The notes under the pieces were generated by a model. That model was not told the origin of the DNA and did no database searches. It worked only from the letters and a program-made list of their open reading frames with translations. DNA of 64,000 nt from Octopus vulgaris (lineage: Eukaryota), in NCBI GenBank assembly GCA_951406725.2, contig OX597839.1, positions 8,742,001 through 8,806,000 on the forward strand, read 5' to 3'. Positions 38,936-51,063 of the stretch are shown here, in pieces. The first letter of the stretch is position 1, and each line of letters opens with the position of its first letter. Made by a program: the position numbers and the translations under genes.

Positions 38936-39694
38936 TATATACACGAGCAAAACGCCAATGGACAGTGCTGAGTTGTCAAACATTTAAACCAAATTTTCTC
39001 AAAACAACTTGTCCGACCGTCCCATAGGCCTCCCCTTTGAGAAACACTGATTTAACCTAAATTTGAGACACCAGCAAAAGAAGAAATAAAGATATGACTT
39101 TTTCTCTATTCCAAAGAAAAACGATTTTATTCACACAAATATTCAACCGAAGAGCTTAAAGTACCAGTAATGATAAGGCTGTTGACTGGGAGAACACAAA
39201 CATGGTTTAAACAGTAAGCTTGGCAGGAAAGAAATGTGCCTTAAAGCAGTACAAAAACAACAAAAAATGGAAGGTGCAGATATGTACAGGTTGGCAAAAG
39301 AAAAGCAGGACAAAAACGGCTTTATCGATCGCATTCTCACCTGGAATCGATTTTTGTAATTTTATCAAGACTTATACACGCCCTGATACCGTCGGTATCT
39401 ACATATCAAATTTGAGCACAATCGGATGGAGGATGCCCGAAATCCTAGAAGACTGACAGACAGAACGGATTTTATATAATATATATATATATTTGTTTTG
39501 CAAGATTTTTGATGTGAAATCGTGTGTTGAAACAGATATTGTTGTATTTAGGAATGGTCATTTTGCCAGTTTTGTCAATAAGATTAAGATTAATGTAAAA
39601 AATAAATAACACTGAAGCAAAGGAACACCAAATATATAGTGCGTGTGTTTTTATTGGCTAAACTGGCAAAATGACCATTCCTAAATACAACAAT

Positions 39695-39949
39695 AGGGTT
39701 AGGGGGAAGGTTTAGGGTTAGTTACAGGATGTTGTCTCAGTTTTAGACGCAGCAAATGATTTTAGCTCAAAAGAGAGCATAGGATTGGTTATAATTCGAA
39801 AAATTAAACTATGTTAAACAAACAAATTACAATTTTCTCAAGAAGGCCAAGAGAAAAAAATGTTTTATTTTGACACATTCTACCAGTATACGAAGTTTTA
39901 AAGTGTTTAATTAACTAGAAATTGTCTGCCGTTCAAAAGGAAAAGATCC
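39695..39949. mobile_element. MITE H-related truncated copy
   Basis: TTAGGG block and degenerate TIR ending AAAAGATCC. Confidence 0.65.
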
Positions 39950-41476
39950 TTATATACAATATTAGATATGTACATATATACACAAGGGCACTACATGAGC
40001 AAATACATCGCTAAAATATGAAGTCAAAAATACTTCCATACCACCGAATAGTCACAAATCTACTACAGACATGTTAGGAAAAAATATCAGTGAACAATAA
40101 TAACACCTTACCTCTTCTGGGTCAGAACAAGTAGATGTTGGTCAACTTCGCTTGCCACTCGTGATGCTATTTTAATAATACCATCCCTATATACATGTAT
40201 ATATACATATATAAATATATATATATATACATGCTTGAAATCAGAAAGTTCAGCAGCAGTATGGAGATAGCGTGATATCAAAAATAAGGCCTTCTATCTC
40301 ATCCATCTCACGAGGTCTTCAATTTCCTCAAGAAGCATCCTGAGATATAGGTTATTCGTTGATGTAGGTATATTCTAAGCAGAGTAATCCATGTGGTATA
40401 AAACCGTAATATAGTGTATGAATTAGTAAAATACTTATCAGAGATAACGGTGTCATTGAGACCCAAAGGTAATGCTGAATAAGTGCTACAGACAGACCAT
40501 AGTTAAGTTCCAGATTCGGTAATATTGCGAATAAAGGGTTCAACGTTGGTTCTACGTCAGCGTGTGTATATATGAATTTTTTTTGAATTTTTTGAGTAAT
40601 GACTTATCGTATTTTACGCCAAACATTTCATGCTAAACATGTGTAGATCATGAATTTTCAGTAGCAAAACATGTTTGAAGTATATAGTTTACTTTTTCGT
40701 TAAGGTAAAATCAGCAAAAAAAAATTTTAAAACTCTGTCCGGTGAGAGATAAATATTGTTAAAATACGCAGATAAATATTGCTTAATGTTCGTGAAAATT
40801 CAAATTTCGAATAAGCCCTAAAGTATTCAAATGTTTGATAAATGTCATAAACGGCAATACATGATTGAGAAGATTCAATAATTTAATCGACTCCAAATTG
40901 TTCTGTATCATCCGTGACTGTGTTGTTCATTTCTTTGTATAGTCCTTAATGGATAATAAAAAAAATCAGAGAGGATTCAATAGGTTTCAAGAGCAATAAG
41001 TTATAATAAGATGGAGATTTTCAAAACTAACAACAAAAATATTTCACAAGTTCTGTTGCGTTGTATGAAGAAATGTTTGTCGTTTGCTTCACCGGTGGAA
41101 ACTTGGGACTACCTGAGCACACCATTTGCTTATGGAATGCTTTGGGGGGATGTCATTGGTTTTGATCACTTGTTTTTGTCTAATAGTTATCCAGTGGTCT
41201 GGTTGATTAGTTGGCTAGTTGGTTGGTTTTTCTGTGGAGGTAATTTGTTTATCAAATTCTTTGGTCGCTTGTTTTTACCTGACAGTCGTTTAGCACTTCG
41301 CTTGACTGATACCTTGAAAACATCACAAGATTTTTCTGATGTTCACAGTCGGCGAATGTTTAAAGACGTTTCTTTTTTGACCAAAAACTAAAATCCAATT
41401 AGTCAATCCCAGGGTGACATCAGCAAATAGTAACGAACGACAAAGTGTACTGTGTACTTATACAGAGGTTTGAAGA

Positions 41477-41701
41477 AGGCGGCGAGCTGGCTGAACCGTT
41501 AGCACGCCGGGCGAAATGCTTAGCAGTATTTCGCCTGTCGTTACGTTCTGAGTTCAAATTCCGCCGAGGTCGACTTTGCCTTTCATCTTTTCGGGGTCGA
41601 TAAATAAAGTACCAAATACGCACTGGGGTCGATGTAATCGACTTAATTCATTTGTCTGTCCTTGTTTGTCAACTCTATGTTTAGCCCCTTGTAAAGAAAT
41701 A
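41477..41701 (+). mobile_element. SINE B monomer
   Basis: Full head; TACAGAGGTTTGAAG duplicated on both sides. Confidence 0.9.
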
Positions 41702-41920
41702 TTTACAGAGGTTTGAAGGGTACTACTAGCGAACAGTGGTCCCGGTGCGCGCACACGCGCATCCACGCTAGCTAGTCGTGACTAGTCGATCCTTACTCAG
41801 TGTTTTTGTGTGTTGTTTACTTTGTTTAAAAAATTATTTACTTCGTGTTTTTTGTGTTTTATTTACTTTGCTAGGTGGTCGTTGTAGGGTCGACTAGTCA
41901 CGACTAGCTAGCGTTGATGC

Positions 41921-42105
41921 GATTCCGAGTTCGATTCCAGGCAGTGACCTGAACGACGATGACGACGACGACTTAAAGAATGAAAACCCAGGTTCGAAAT
42001 TTCTCCAAGACACCTGATGAAGGCTGGAGGGTGTATCAGCCGAAACGTTGTGTTAACAACAAACAGGATGAGAACAAATATCTGTCAAATGTAAATAATG
42101 TAAAT
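41921..42105 (+). mobile_element. SINE family D, 5'-truncated monomer
   Basis: B box GAGTTCGATTCC and the same tail as the arms of 14479-15068. Confidence 0.85.
42009..42054 (+). ncRNA. Minimal type I hammerhead ribozyme motif, fully paired
   Basis: Stem I GACAC/GTGTT, CTGATGA, stem II GGCTG/CAGCC, GAAA, palindromic AACGTT stem III. Confidence 0.8.
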
Positions 42106-42106
42106 A

Positions 42107-43670
42107 CTGTGTATCCGAAGAGGGTGGGTTTTTTCGTTTCCGTCTTCTTTTTGAAGGGTCCACGGTGACCCACACCTGGTTGTTGTTGTTGTTGTCGTTG
42201 TTTTCTCTCGCTGTCGGCTGTACTTCAGCAATTTGTGTGCGCGACGTGGCTGCTATTTCTAGCGGTGTGGTCGTTGTCTTCGGCGTCGTGCTTGCCTCTT
42301 CTGCTGCGTTTTCTTTGCCTGTCTTCTCCTTACAGCTCGACCTTATGTGGTCTTTCTCGCCACATTTGTAACACCTGGGCTTTCTCCCCTCGACTACCAC
42401 CACCAGGCTGGTATTTTGTCCAATTCCACCGAGGTCGACTTTACCTTTCATCCTTTCGGGGTCGATAAATTAAGTACCAGTTACGCACTGGGGTCGATGT
42501 AATCGACTTAATACCTATGTCTGTCTTTGTTTGTCCCCTCTATGTTTAGCCCCTTGTGGGTAATAAAGAAATAGGTATTTTCTCCAATTGTAAGGGAACT
42601 GGGCATTTTTTCTAAATCTGAGGGTTTTGCTTGGATGACAAGCTCTAAATCTTGTCCAACCCAGTTCATGTGGTGGTATCTCTTAGTTTGAAGAATTGTA
42701 ATTTCTTCTTCTTCTTCTTTGCTTATGAGAATAGCGGCTAGCACCCAGGTCACATCTATTTCGGGTGGTCGGGTGAGCTGGGAGAATTATTAACACATCG
42801 GGCGAAATGCTTTGCGGTATTCCGTCTGCCGTTACGTTCTGAGTTCAAATTCCGCCGAGGTCGACTTTGCCTTTCATCCTTTCGGGGTCGATAAATAAAG
42901 TACCAGTTACGCACTGGGGTCGATGTAATCGACTTAATCCGTTTGTCTGTCTCCTCTGTGTGTAGCCCCTTGTGGGTAATAAAGAAGACGGCAGGAGAAC
43001 TACTTCTTCCGACTTCAATCAATGTCATTGTTGAATGTTCCCTAGCTTTTTCGTCGCTAGGGAAACGCACCCCTACAGTGCCGAAGCGACTACCCCTCAT
43101 TATATAGCTTGTTTGTTACCATATCGGCTTCAAGCATTTTTCTATTGCTTCCCTCGGCACGAAGTCAATTTTTCTATTTTTCACATGGTACATCAAAGTT
43201 TTTTCTCTCCGTCGCGTTAATTAATTCACTGGGAGGGAGCAACATCACATTATCACCTTCTTTTTTGAGTAGTCCTTGAAATTTCTTCAAATCTTCCTTG
43301 TTTATTACGATGTTTTCACTCCCAAAATTAATTTTTGACTTTTCCTCTTGTTTAGCCTCGCTAGACATTTTGTCGTCTGCTTTTGTAAAGCTCGCGCTCG
43401 ACGCCTCTATACTTTTACCTTCCTCCTCCCATATTTTCGTCTCTATGCCTTCACACAAAATGTCGAAGTTTTCCTCGGACTCGGAAGAAATTGGTGGCAA
43501 ATTCATTTTTTTCGGCGCTTCTCCCTTGAAACAAGGGAGAAACAACAGCAAAACTCTGCTGCAACAGCAGAAAAGAAGTGCTCTCGACGATCAAAACAGC
43601 AAATTTTCACAATTTTCAGCACGAAAACAATCTTTCACTGCGGAGCAAAGAACAACAATAACACGACCGA
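42107..43670 (-). pseudogene. LINE ORF1 (gag-like, Tx1/L1-like) relic with CCHC zinc knuckle, interrupted by two SINE B copies
   Basis: MNLPPISSESEENF... to VVVVEGRKPRCYKCGEKDHIRSSC (C-x2-C-x4-H-x4-C); contains stops; SINE B at about 42421-42578 and 42770-42985. Confidence 0.75.
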
Positions 43671-43671
43671 T

Positions 43672-43862
43672 CAGAGAGAGAGAGAGGAGAGAGAGGGGGG
43701 GGGGGAGATAGGAAGGGAAAGAGAAACGGAGGGAGTGAGAGAGGGAGGGAGAGAGAGAGAAAGGGAGGGAGAGAGAGAGGGAGGGAAAGAGAGAGAAGGG
43801 AGGGAGAGAGAGAGAGAGAAGGGAGGGAGGGAATGAGAGAGGGAGGGGGAGAGAGAGAGAAA
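43672..43862. repeat. (GA)n/(GGGA)n tract
   Basis: Direct reading. Confidence 0.9.
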
Positions 43863-44371
43863 GGGTGTAAACTATTCTGTGGTAGTTACCATGAAGGAAA
43901 CTCGTATTGGCTTTTTGATACAAATTACAGTCGAGGGGAGATAAATCCCTGTTACCTCCAGCGCCGACACCACGAGTTCACTTAAACTTACCCTTGTTTC
44001 GTCTTGTCTCGGCCGCTAGAAACAGCAGCCATTCATCTCCTTGCCATCGATAATATATAGACTGACAGTGCCAGAACAGGCATCCATATAATCCTATTTT
44101 CAAAGTAGGTTCCTTCTGCTGGCGTTTAACCCTAGGTTAGCATTGATTAAGCAGTTCTATGCTCGAAAATATTTTAAGTTAATTTAGGTCTGCATTATCC
44201 TTCTCCATGGGGATGCCTGTTTCAAAAGAGACTTCACTATTATTTCTAGCAAATCAAGAGAGTAGTTAGAGGCGTCCTCGTTAGGCTAGTCTTGCCCTTG
44301 CTTTTTAGTCCCGGGTCAATATTAACCGAGATAATTAATTATCGAAAGTTATTCCGGCCAAAACTATAACA

Positions 44372-44782
44372 GGATCTTTTCGGTTTGAACGGCAGTTTTT
44401 TCTAGTGGTGTCATATGAAATTGTCACCCATAATTATGACCCTAGTATCGATCTATTACATTTCAATCTGTTTTAGGGTTAGGGGTGGGGGGAAGGGTAT
44501 CTTTTTCTTCACAAATGTAAATAAACCCAATCTGTTTCTTAAACGAGGGACATATTCATACGGCACAGAATGTTTTTTACCTCAATAGACGTCACTGATT
44601 GGTTGAAATTGCAGAAATTGAAGGAAAAAAAACAACAAATATTTTACAAACTATAGAATTTTCTCAATACAGCCAAGAGAAAACGATATTTTATAAACAC
44701 ATTCTACCAGTATACGAAGTTTAAAAGTGTTTAGTTACGTGGAAATTATTTTTAAAAACTGCCATTCAAACCGAAAAGATCT
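44372..44782. mobile_element. MITE H
   Basis: TIRs; TSD CTATAACA. Confidence 0.9.
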
Positions 44783-45072
44783 CTATAACATTTTTTCTAA
44801 AGTTATTTTAACTGAATCCTTCCTTTTTAAGGATATGTTTCGAGGAGATTCGGTTACTATTTCTAGTAGTCTGGATAACAGACGCAGAGACTCCGTCGTT
44901 GGCTCATTGTTATTGCTGTCGTGGTCAAGAAACTCCTATGACTATATGCGTCTCTATAAGTATGTGTGTACGAGAGGGTACCCCCCGCTCCGGCAAAAAA
45001 ACCCGGAATTTTGCAATATTGTTTTATTCATTTAGTTTTACATGTTTACACTTTTATCGCCTCCATTTTTTT

Positions 45073-45890
45073 TCTATTTCTTTACTACCAACAAAGGGCT
45101 ACACACAGAGGGGACAAACAAGGACTGATAAACGGATTAAGTTGATTATATCGACCCCAATGCGTAACTGGTACTTAATTTATCGACCTCGAAAGGATGA
45201 AAGGCAAAGTCGACCTCGCCGGAATTTGAACTCAGAACGTAACGGCAGACGAAATACTGCTAAGCATTTTGCCCGGCGCGCTAACATTTCTTATTTCTTT
45301 ATTGCCCACAGGGGGCTAAACATAGAGGGGACAGACAAAGGGATTAAGTCAATTACACCGACCCCAGTACGTAACTGGTACTTATTTAATCGACCCCGAA
45401 AGAATGAAAGGCAAAGTCGACCTCAGCGGAATTTGAACTCAGAACGTAATGGCAGACGAAATACTGCTAAGCATATCGCCCGCCGCACTGTTTCATATTT
45501 CTTTATTGCCCACAAGGGGCTAAACATAGAGGGGACAGACAAAGGGATTAAGTCGATTACACCGACCCCAGAAAGATGGAAGGCAAAGTCGACCTCGGCG
45601 GAATTTGAACTCAGAACGTAACAGCAGACGAAATACTGCTAAGCATTTCGCCCGGCATGCTAACGTTTCTTATTTCTTTATTGCCCACAAGGGCCTAAAC
45701 ATAGAGGGGACAGACAAAGGGATTAAGTCGATTACACCGACCCCAGTACGTAACTGGTACTTATTTAATCGACCCCGGAAAGATGAAAGGCAAAGTCGAC
45801 CTCGGCGGAATTTGAACCCAGTACGTAACGGCAGACGAAATACTGCTAAGCATTTCGCCCGGCGCGCTAACGGTTCTGCCAGCTCATTTC
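45073..45890 (-). mobile_element. Tandem array of four SINE B units
   Basis: Junction CTAACGTTTCT|TATTTC; third unit internally deleted. Confidence 0.9.
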
Positions 45891-46299
45891 CCAAGTCGGT
45901 GCGTGAATTGAAGGAGATTTGGCTGCTAATTTTAGCACAGCGATTAACTACATGAGTGCTCCCACACTGCTTCTATAACTCAGAGAAGATAAGTTCATTG
46001 ATGTTAGTTTTGGTCTTTTTCTCACATGCACAGAAATGACTACCCAAATACTTGTTTACTTAGGACTGACCAATAGATGTAGCAGACTAAATATATCACG
46101 GTCGGTTGACTAAACTGACTAAGTTGATTGGTTTGATCTGGTTGACTGGTTGCCATCATCAATAATTTCTATGAGTTAATTGGTTAGTTCGTTAATTCGA
46201 AGATATATTTGTTTATGATTGCTTATTTATTTTAAATGAGTCTGTTATTTAATGATGGTCTATAATTATATAATTTCTAATTAGAAGATAATAATAATG

Positions 46300-46329
<30 letters not shown>

Positions 46330-46330
<1 letters not shown>

Positions 46331-46830
46331 ATTTTGCACCAAGTATGGACTTGACAGAGCAAAAAATTGGAGTGACAAGGCATCGTCGAAAGTGGAAATG
46401 CAAAGATCCTATGGGATTTTATGATTCAGTACAACCATGGGATGTGGTTAGGAAGCCAGACATGAGATAGGAAGCCAGACATAGTGTTAATTAAGAAAGA
46501 AAACAAACTATATTGGATCAAAGATATAGCATGCCCAGCTGACAAGGTATGCCATAAGGGAGAAAGAAAAGTCGAGAGATATGATAGGTTAGCTTGGGAA
46601 GTTAAGCAGTTGTGGTCGATGAAAAAGGTAGCAGTAGTACCAATAACTGTCACAGCCATAGGAAAAACGAGCAAAAATCTCGAGAAGTATGTGGAACAAA
46701 TAGGGGCTGCAATAAGGGTGGAGCACTTGCAGAAAACAGCACTGCTTGGAACCACTCGAATACTTCGGAAGGTGCTTGAAAAATAATAGGTGTTATGTCA
46801 GTTCACTGGTAGTGAACAGTTGACACTGTA
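46330..46830 (+). mobile_element. R4/Dong-type LINE 3' fragment (restriction-like endonuclease)
   Basis: ILWDF..RKPDIVLIKKENK..IKDIACP..KVERY..LQKTALLGTTRILRKVLEK*; (TAA)n on both sides. Confidence 0.85.
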
Positions 46831-46836
46831 GTAGTA

Positions 46837-46917
<81 letters not shown>

Positions 46918-46920
<3 letters not shown>

Positions 46921-47565
46921 TGCCAATTCTCTGGGACTTCCCCGTACATACCGACAAAACCATAAAAGCTAATAAACCGGATCTTATTATAAAAGATAAG
47001 ACAAAAAAGGTGTGTTTATTAATTGACATGAGTATTCCTTGCGATCACAATATAGCGGCGAAAGAATTTGACAAGATCAGTAAATATAAAGACTTGCTAA
47101 TAGAAATTGAAAAAAATGTGGCATCTCAAGGCGACTACAGTACCAGTGATAGTAGGATCTCTAGGAATGATAAAATAAGGTACTGAAACCTATTTGAAAA
47201 TGATACCAGGCTTACCATCCCTACAGGAAGTGCAAGAAATCGTGTTAACTGGAACGACTCATGTACTGAGAAGAGCATTATCACTGTGGAAACATCCTTT
47301 GGAAAAAGCGTTCAGAATAATTTTTCCATCGTCCTGGCTTAACAACCCTTACTGTTTGTTTTTCTGTTTTGTTCTCACTGTCCTGTTCTTGTCACCACTT
47401 TCACCCTCCGCAAAAAATCCCAAAATTTTATTCAATTTGCTTTGTGGGAAGGACTGCTTCAACGAAGTCGCGTCTTGTCCTTACCTTGGAGTAGTCAAAA
47501 CAGAGACAACTGAAGAAGGGGAATATTCTTTATGTTGTATGTCTTGTTTCTCTGTTTGTTTTTTT
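46918..47565 (+). mobile_element. Second R4/Dong-type LINE family 3' fragment
   Basis: ILWDFPVHTDKTIKANKPDLIIKDK..LIDMSIP..KISKYKDL (PD-(D/E)xK-type endonuclease); frameshifted. Confidence 0.85.
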
Positions 47566-47924
47566 TATATATATATATATATATATATACCGTAGTAAAC
47601 ACATAAATGTGAAACAAGGTGTAAAAAATGAGTACCCAAATACCAGAGGTGGAGTAATATTCTTTATTTAAAAGCAGCAGAAAAATAACAAAAGGTGTTA
47701 CTCACAGTTTCACGTCCCCATTCGTCGGGCAGTTTTGTTATTATATTTCTGCTGCTTTTAAACAAAGTATGTATGTATGTATATATATATATATCTTACG
47801 GAAATGCACTTGCATAGCAAGTGTCCTGATCTGAGATTGTGTGCTGGAACAAAAACAATTGCAACGTGGAAGGTGTTTATAAGCCATTTAAGAAACACAC
47901 AAAAACCGTTTATATATATATATC

Positions 47925-48210
47925 ATCATCATTATCATCATCATTTAGCGTCCGCTTTCCATGCTAGCATGGGTTGGACGGTTCAACTGTGGTCTGGGAG
48001 GCCAGAAGGCTGCACCAGGCACAGTCTGATCTGGCAATATTTCTACGGCTGGATGCCCTTCCTAACGCCAACCACTCTGTGAGTGTAGTGGGTGCTTTTT
48101 ACATGCCACCGACACAGGTGCCAGACAGTGCTGGCAACGGCCACGTTCGGATGGTTCGCTTACGTGCCACCGGCACTGGTATCACAGCTGCAATTTCCAT
48201 TGATGTTGAT
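47925..48210 (-). mobile_element. Family G element
   Basis: Homologous to 30620-31032. Confidence 0.8.
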
Positions 48211-48312
48211 CGTATATATATAGATATATATACACACACACACACACATCATCAGTAATTCATGTATCTGAAAAAAAAGTACATTCTAAAGCATTAGAGC
48301 AGAAATATATTT

Positions 48313-48531
48313 TTTAGGAAGTTAATTGTTATGGCCAGTCATAGAGCAACCATTAGTTTCACACCTACAAAGCGCTTAGCTGTATAGGTGACTCATCGGA
48401 CTAAAATGCTCAAAGGCGCATAACCTTCAGCCATTTGAGTCTGACAAATCACCTATACAGCGAAGCACTTTATGTATAGGTGCGAAACCAATAGTCTCTC
48501 TATGACCAGCCATAACTTTCAACTTCCTAAA
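48313..48531. mobile_element. Foldback element with a hammerhead-like motif in each arm
   Basis: Imperfect inverted arms of about 95 bp; motifs at 48344-48402 (-) and 48437-48500 (+). Confidence 0.7.
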
Positions 48532-48688
48532 GTACACACATGCGAGGATGATCCGGTTCTTGACTGAAGATTGAAGGCTTCGAATGTCCCGTCCGTGTTT
48601 TTTGTATCGTCTTCTAAATGTTTTGCATTCTTGTCCCAGTTTGTATATTTTTTACATACGTATATATATATATATATATATATATCAT

Positions 48689-48694
48689 TTTATT
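48689..48694 (-). terminator. Candidate polyadenylation signal AATAAA of the minus-strand gene
   Basis: TTTATT at the end of a tract that is U-rich on the minus strand (48.7-50.1 kb); the hexamer is common here. Confidence 0.25.
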
Positions 48695-49241
48695 GATGTA
48701 AACACAGTGCTATAAGAAAATAGCAATAAAATAACAACAAAAGAAAATAACACAAAAGCTGAAATTTGTTGGTTCAAATGAATCTTTACTAAATCTAGAA
48801 ATATTTTACCTCATCTCAGAAACGTATGCATACATATACATACATACATACATATATATATATATGTATATATATATGGATAGATTTATATTTATATTCC
48901 TGGATGCTGGATGGAGAAATAGAGGAGGAAGAGGAATCGAAGACAAGTGGAGAGAAAAGAGAGAGAGAGAGAGAGAGAGAGAAGAGAGAGTGGGGGGAAG
49001 GGGACAGAGACAAGAAAAATATAAACAAAATGAAACAAAAGATTAAAAGTTTAAGAAATGAAAATAAAACCAACAACAAAAAAAAAAACAAAGACTGGCA
49101 TTTTGTAAAAAAACAAAAAAGAAAAAAAAAAGAAAAATTCTGAATAGATTATTAATATTATTATATATATATCTTGTTTTGTTTGTGGTTTTTTGGTGAG
49201 GGGGAGGGGTACTTTACAGCAAGCTGGCAAGCAGTTCTCTG

Positions 49242-49293
<52 letters not shown>

Positions 49294-49755
49294 TATATAT
49301 ATGTATATGTGTATATATACATATATATATTTATATATATATGTATATATAAAAATTTTTTGTTGCTTTGTTTTTATATTTTTATGTCTATTTTTGGGAG
49401 AAAGTTACAAAAAAAATAAAAACAACAATAAAAATAAAGAAAGAAAATTATTAAAAAAAAATAGGTAATAAAGAAGAGAAAAAACAACACCCAATTGTCC
49501 ACTGTTATTATTATTATTATTAGCAGCATAATTCAACAACAACACCAACATCATCATTTTAAATATTTATCATCATCGTTATTGTTATCGTCGTCGTCAT
49601 CATCATCATCATCTTCGTCATCATCATAGCAATGATAATCATTTCTTTTTTCTTCATCGCCAACAATCTTAAAAAAAAAATTTTTTGCGAGGGGGGGTTT
49701 TCCTATTCTAAGAAATACTGACAAGCTTCAAAGATAAATAATAATAATAATAATG

Positions 49756-49804
<49 letters not shown>

Positions 49805-50724
49805 GAAAAAACAAAAAAAAAGGATAAAAACAAATATAACTGTTCGTTGTAACAATTAGCATTTAGAGAGAGGGAGAGAGAGAGTGAGTGAGAGAGCGAG
49901 AGACTTGGAGAGGAAAGATATATTAGAATTAAAACAACTACTACAATAACAACAGCACCAGTATACAGGAACAACAACAACAACAACAACACAGACCCCC
50001 ATCCACACATATGTACAGACATTTCTCTCACTGACTCTCTCACACCCAACGCGCTCTATAATAAATATTTTGTTTTTAAAGTCATTATTATACAAGGTGG
50101 CCCATATAATTTCTAATAATGTCTCTCTCCCCACCGATGAATCAGTTTATTTGACCAGGTGGTGATGTCACTCTACCAGCTTTGTTGCCTTTTATACCAA
50201 ACTATCACTACACAGTCCTATCCCTGTGTCAAATTATAGCTGTGTCACCTACAAATGTTTTTGACCTACCATTAAATCGACATAACTTTGGGGCAAAATC
50301 TCATTCTTGTTAATCTTGTACCAATCAGGCCAAATTAACATTACGGTGACCAATTATGAGCTAACATGTAGCGTTGACAAATTACAAGAATGTCAATCTA
50401 CTGAGATATAAAACTTATAGTGCATCGATTAACCAGTCTGGCAATCTACCAATTTGTCTATCTACTACTGTGCCAATCTATTAGTGTTGACATACCATCT
50501 GTCAATCTATCAGTGCTGACATGCCATCCTGTCAATCTATCAGTGTTGACATACAATTCTGTCAATCTATTGTTATAGTGACTTACCAGCACACTAACCC
50601 GCCACTGTGTTAATTTATGAGTATGTCAAGCTACCTCTAAGGTCAATTTTCCACTATGTCAAATTAGTAGTCTGTCAATTTAGAGGTTTATATTCACCAC
50701 TATTTCAACTTAGCAGTGTTTTAA

Positions 50725-50945
50725 CCCTTTAACATTTAAACTGGCCATATCCAGCCAAAATATTCTACCTGTTTTATGTTCAAACTGGACAGATCAGGCC
50801 TCTCACGCCAACCCTACAATATCATTCTAAAAATTAACAGTTTCCTCATCAAAATCTTGAAGCTATGGGGTAATGCATGATTAATTCAAATCAATGTGAA
50901 TAAATAAGCATTAGATTTGACAAGAAAAATCTGAATGCTAAAGGG
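50725..50945. mobile_element. piggyBac-type MITE
   Basis: TTAA|CCCTTTAACATT ... AATGCTAAAGGG|TCAA. Confidence 0.75.
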
Positions 50946-51014
50946 TCAACAATGTCCTAACCAAGAATTCCAGTGATCTGTCATTCAAATACTCATCAAA
51001 CCCTGCCTAGTCAT

Positions 51015-51063
51015 CTACATTACGTTCGTGGCAAAAAAATTCACTGACTCAGTCCACACCAAC
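51015..51063 (-). CDS. Candidate last coding exon (E)LVWTESVNFFATNVM*
   Basis: Acceptor CCTTTTTACAG|G; phase matches the donor GA|GTGAGG at 56371/56370. Confidence 0.35.

Noticed and set aside
44899-45955. 240-aa and 116-aa repetitive ORFs
   Set aside because: Antisense read-through of the SINE B array
47505-47540. CTGAAGA as a hammerhead core
   Set aside because: No downstream stem II or GAAA
48560-48595. CTGAAGA-TTGAAGGCTTC-GAAT-GTC hammerhead-like motif
   Set aside because: GAAA is broken and stem I is unconvincing; too degenerate in a single copy
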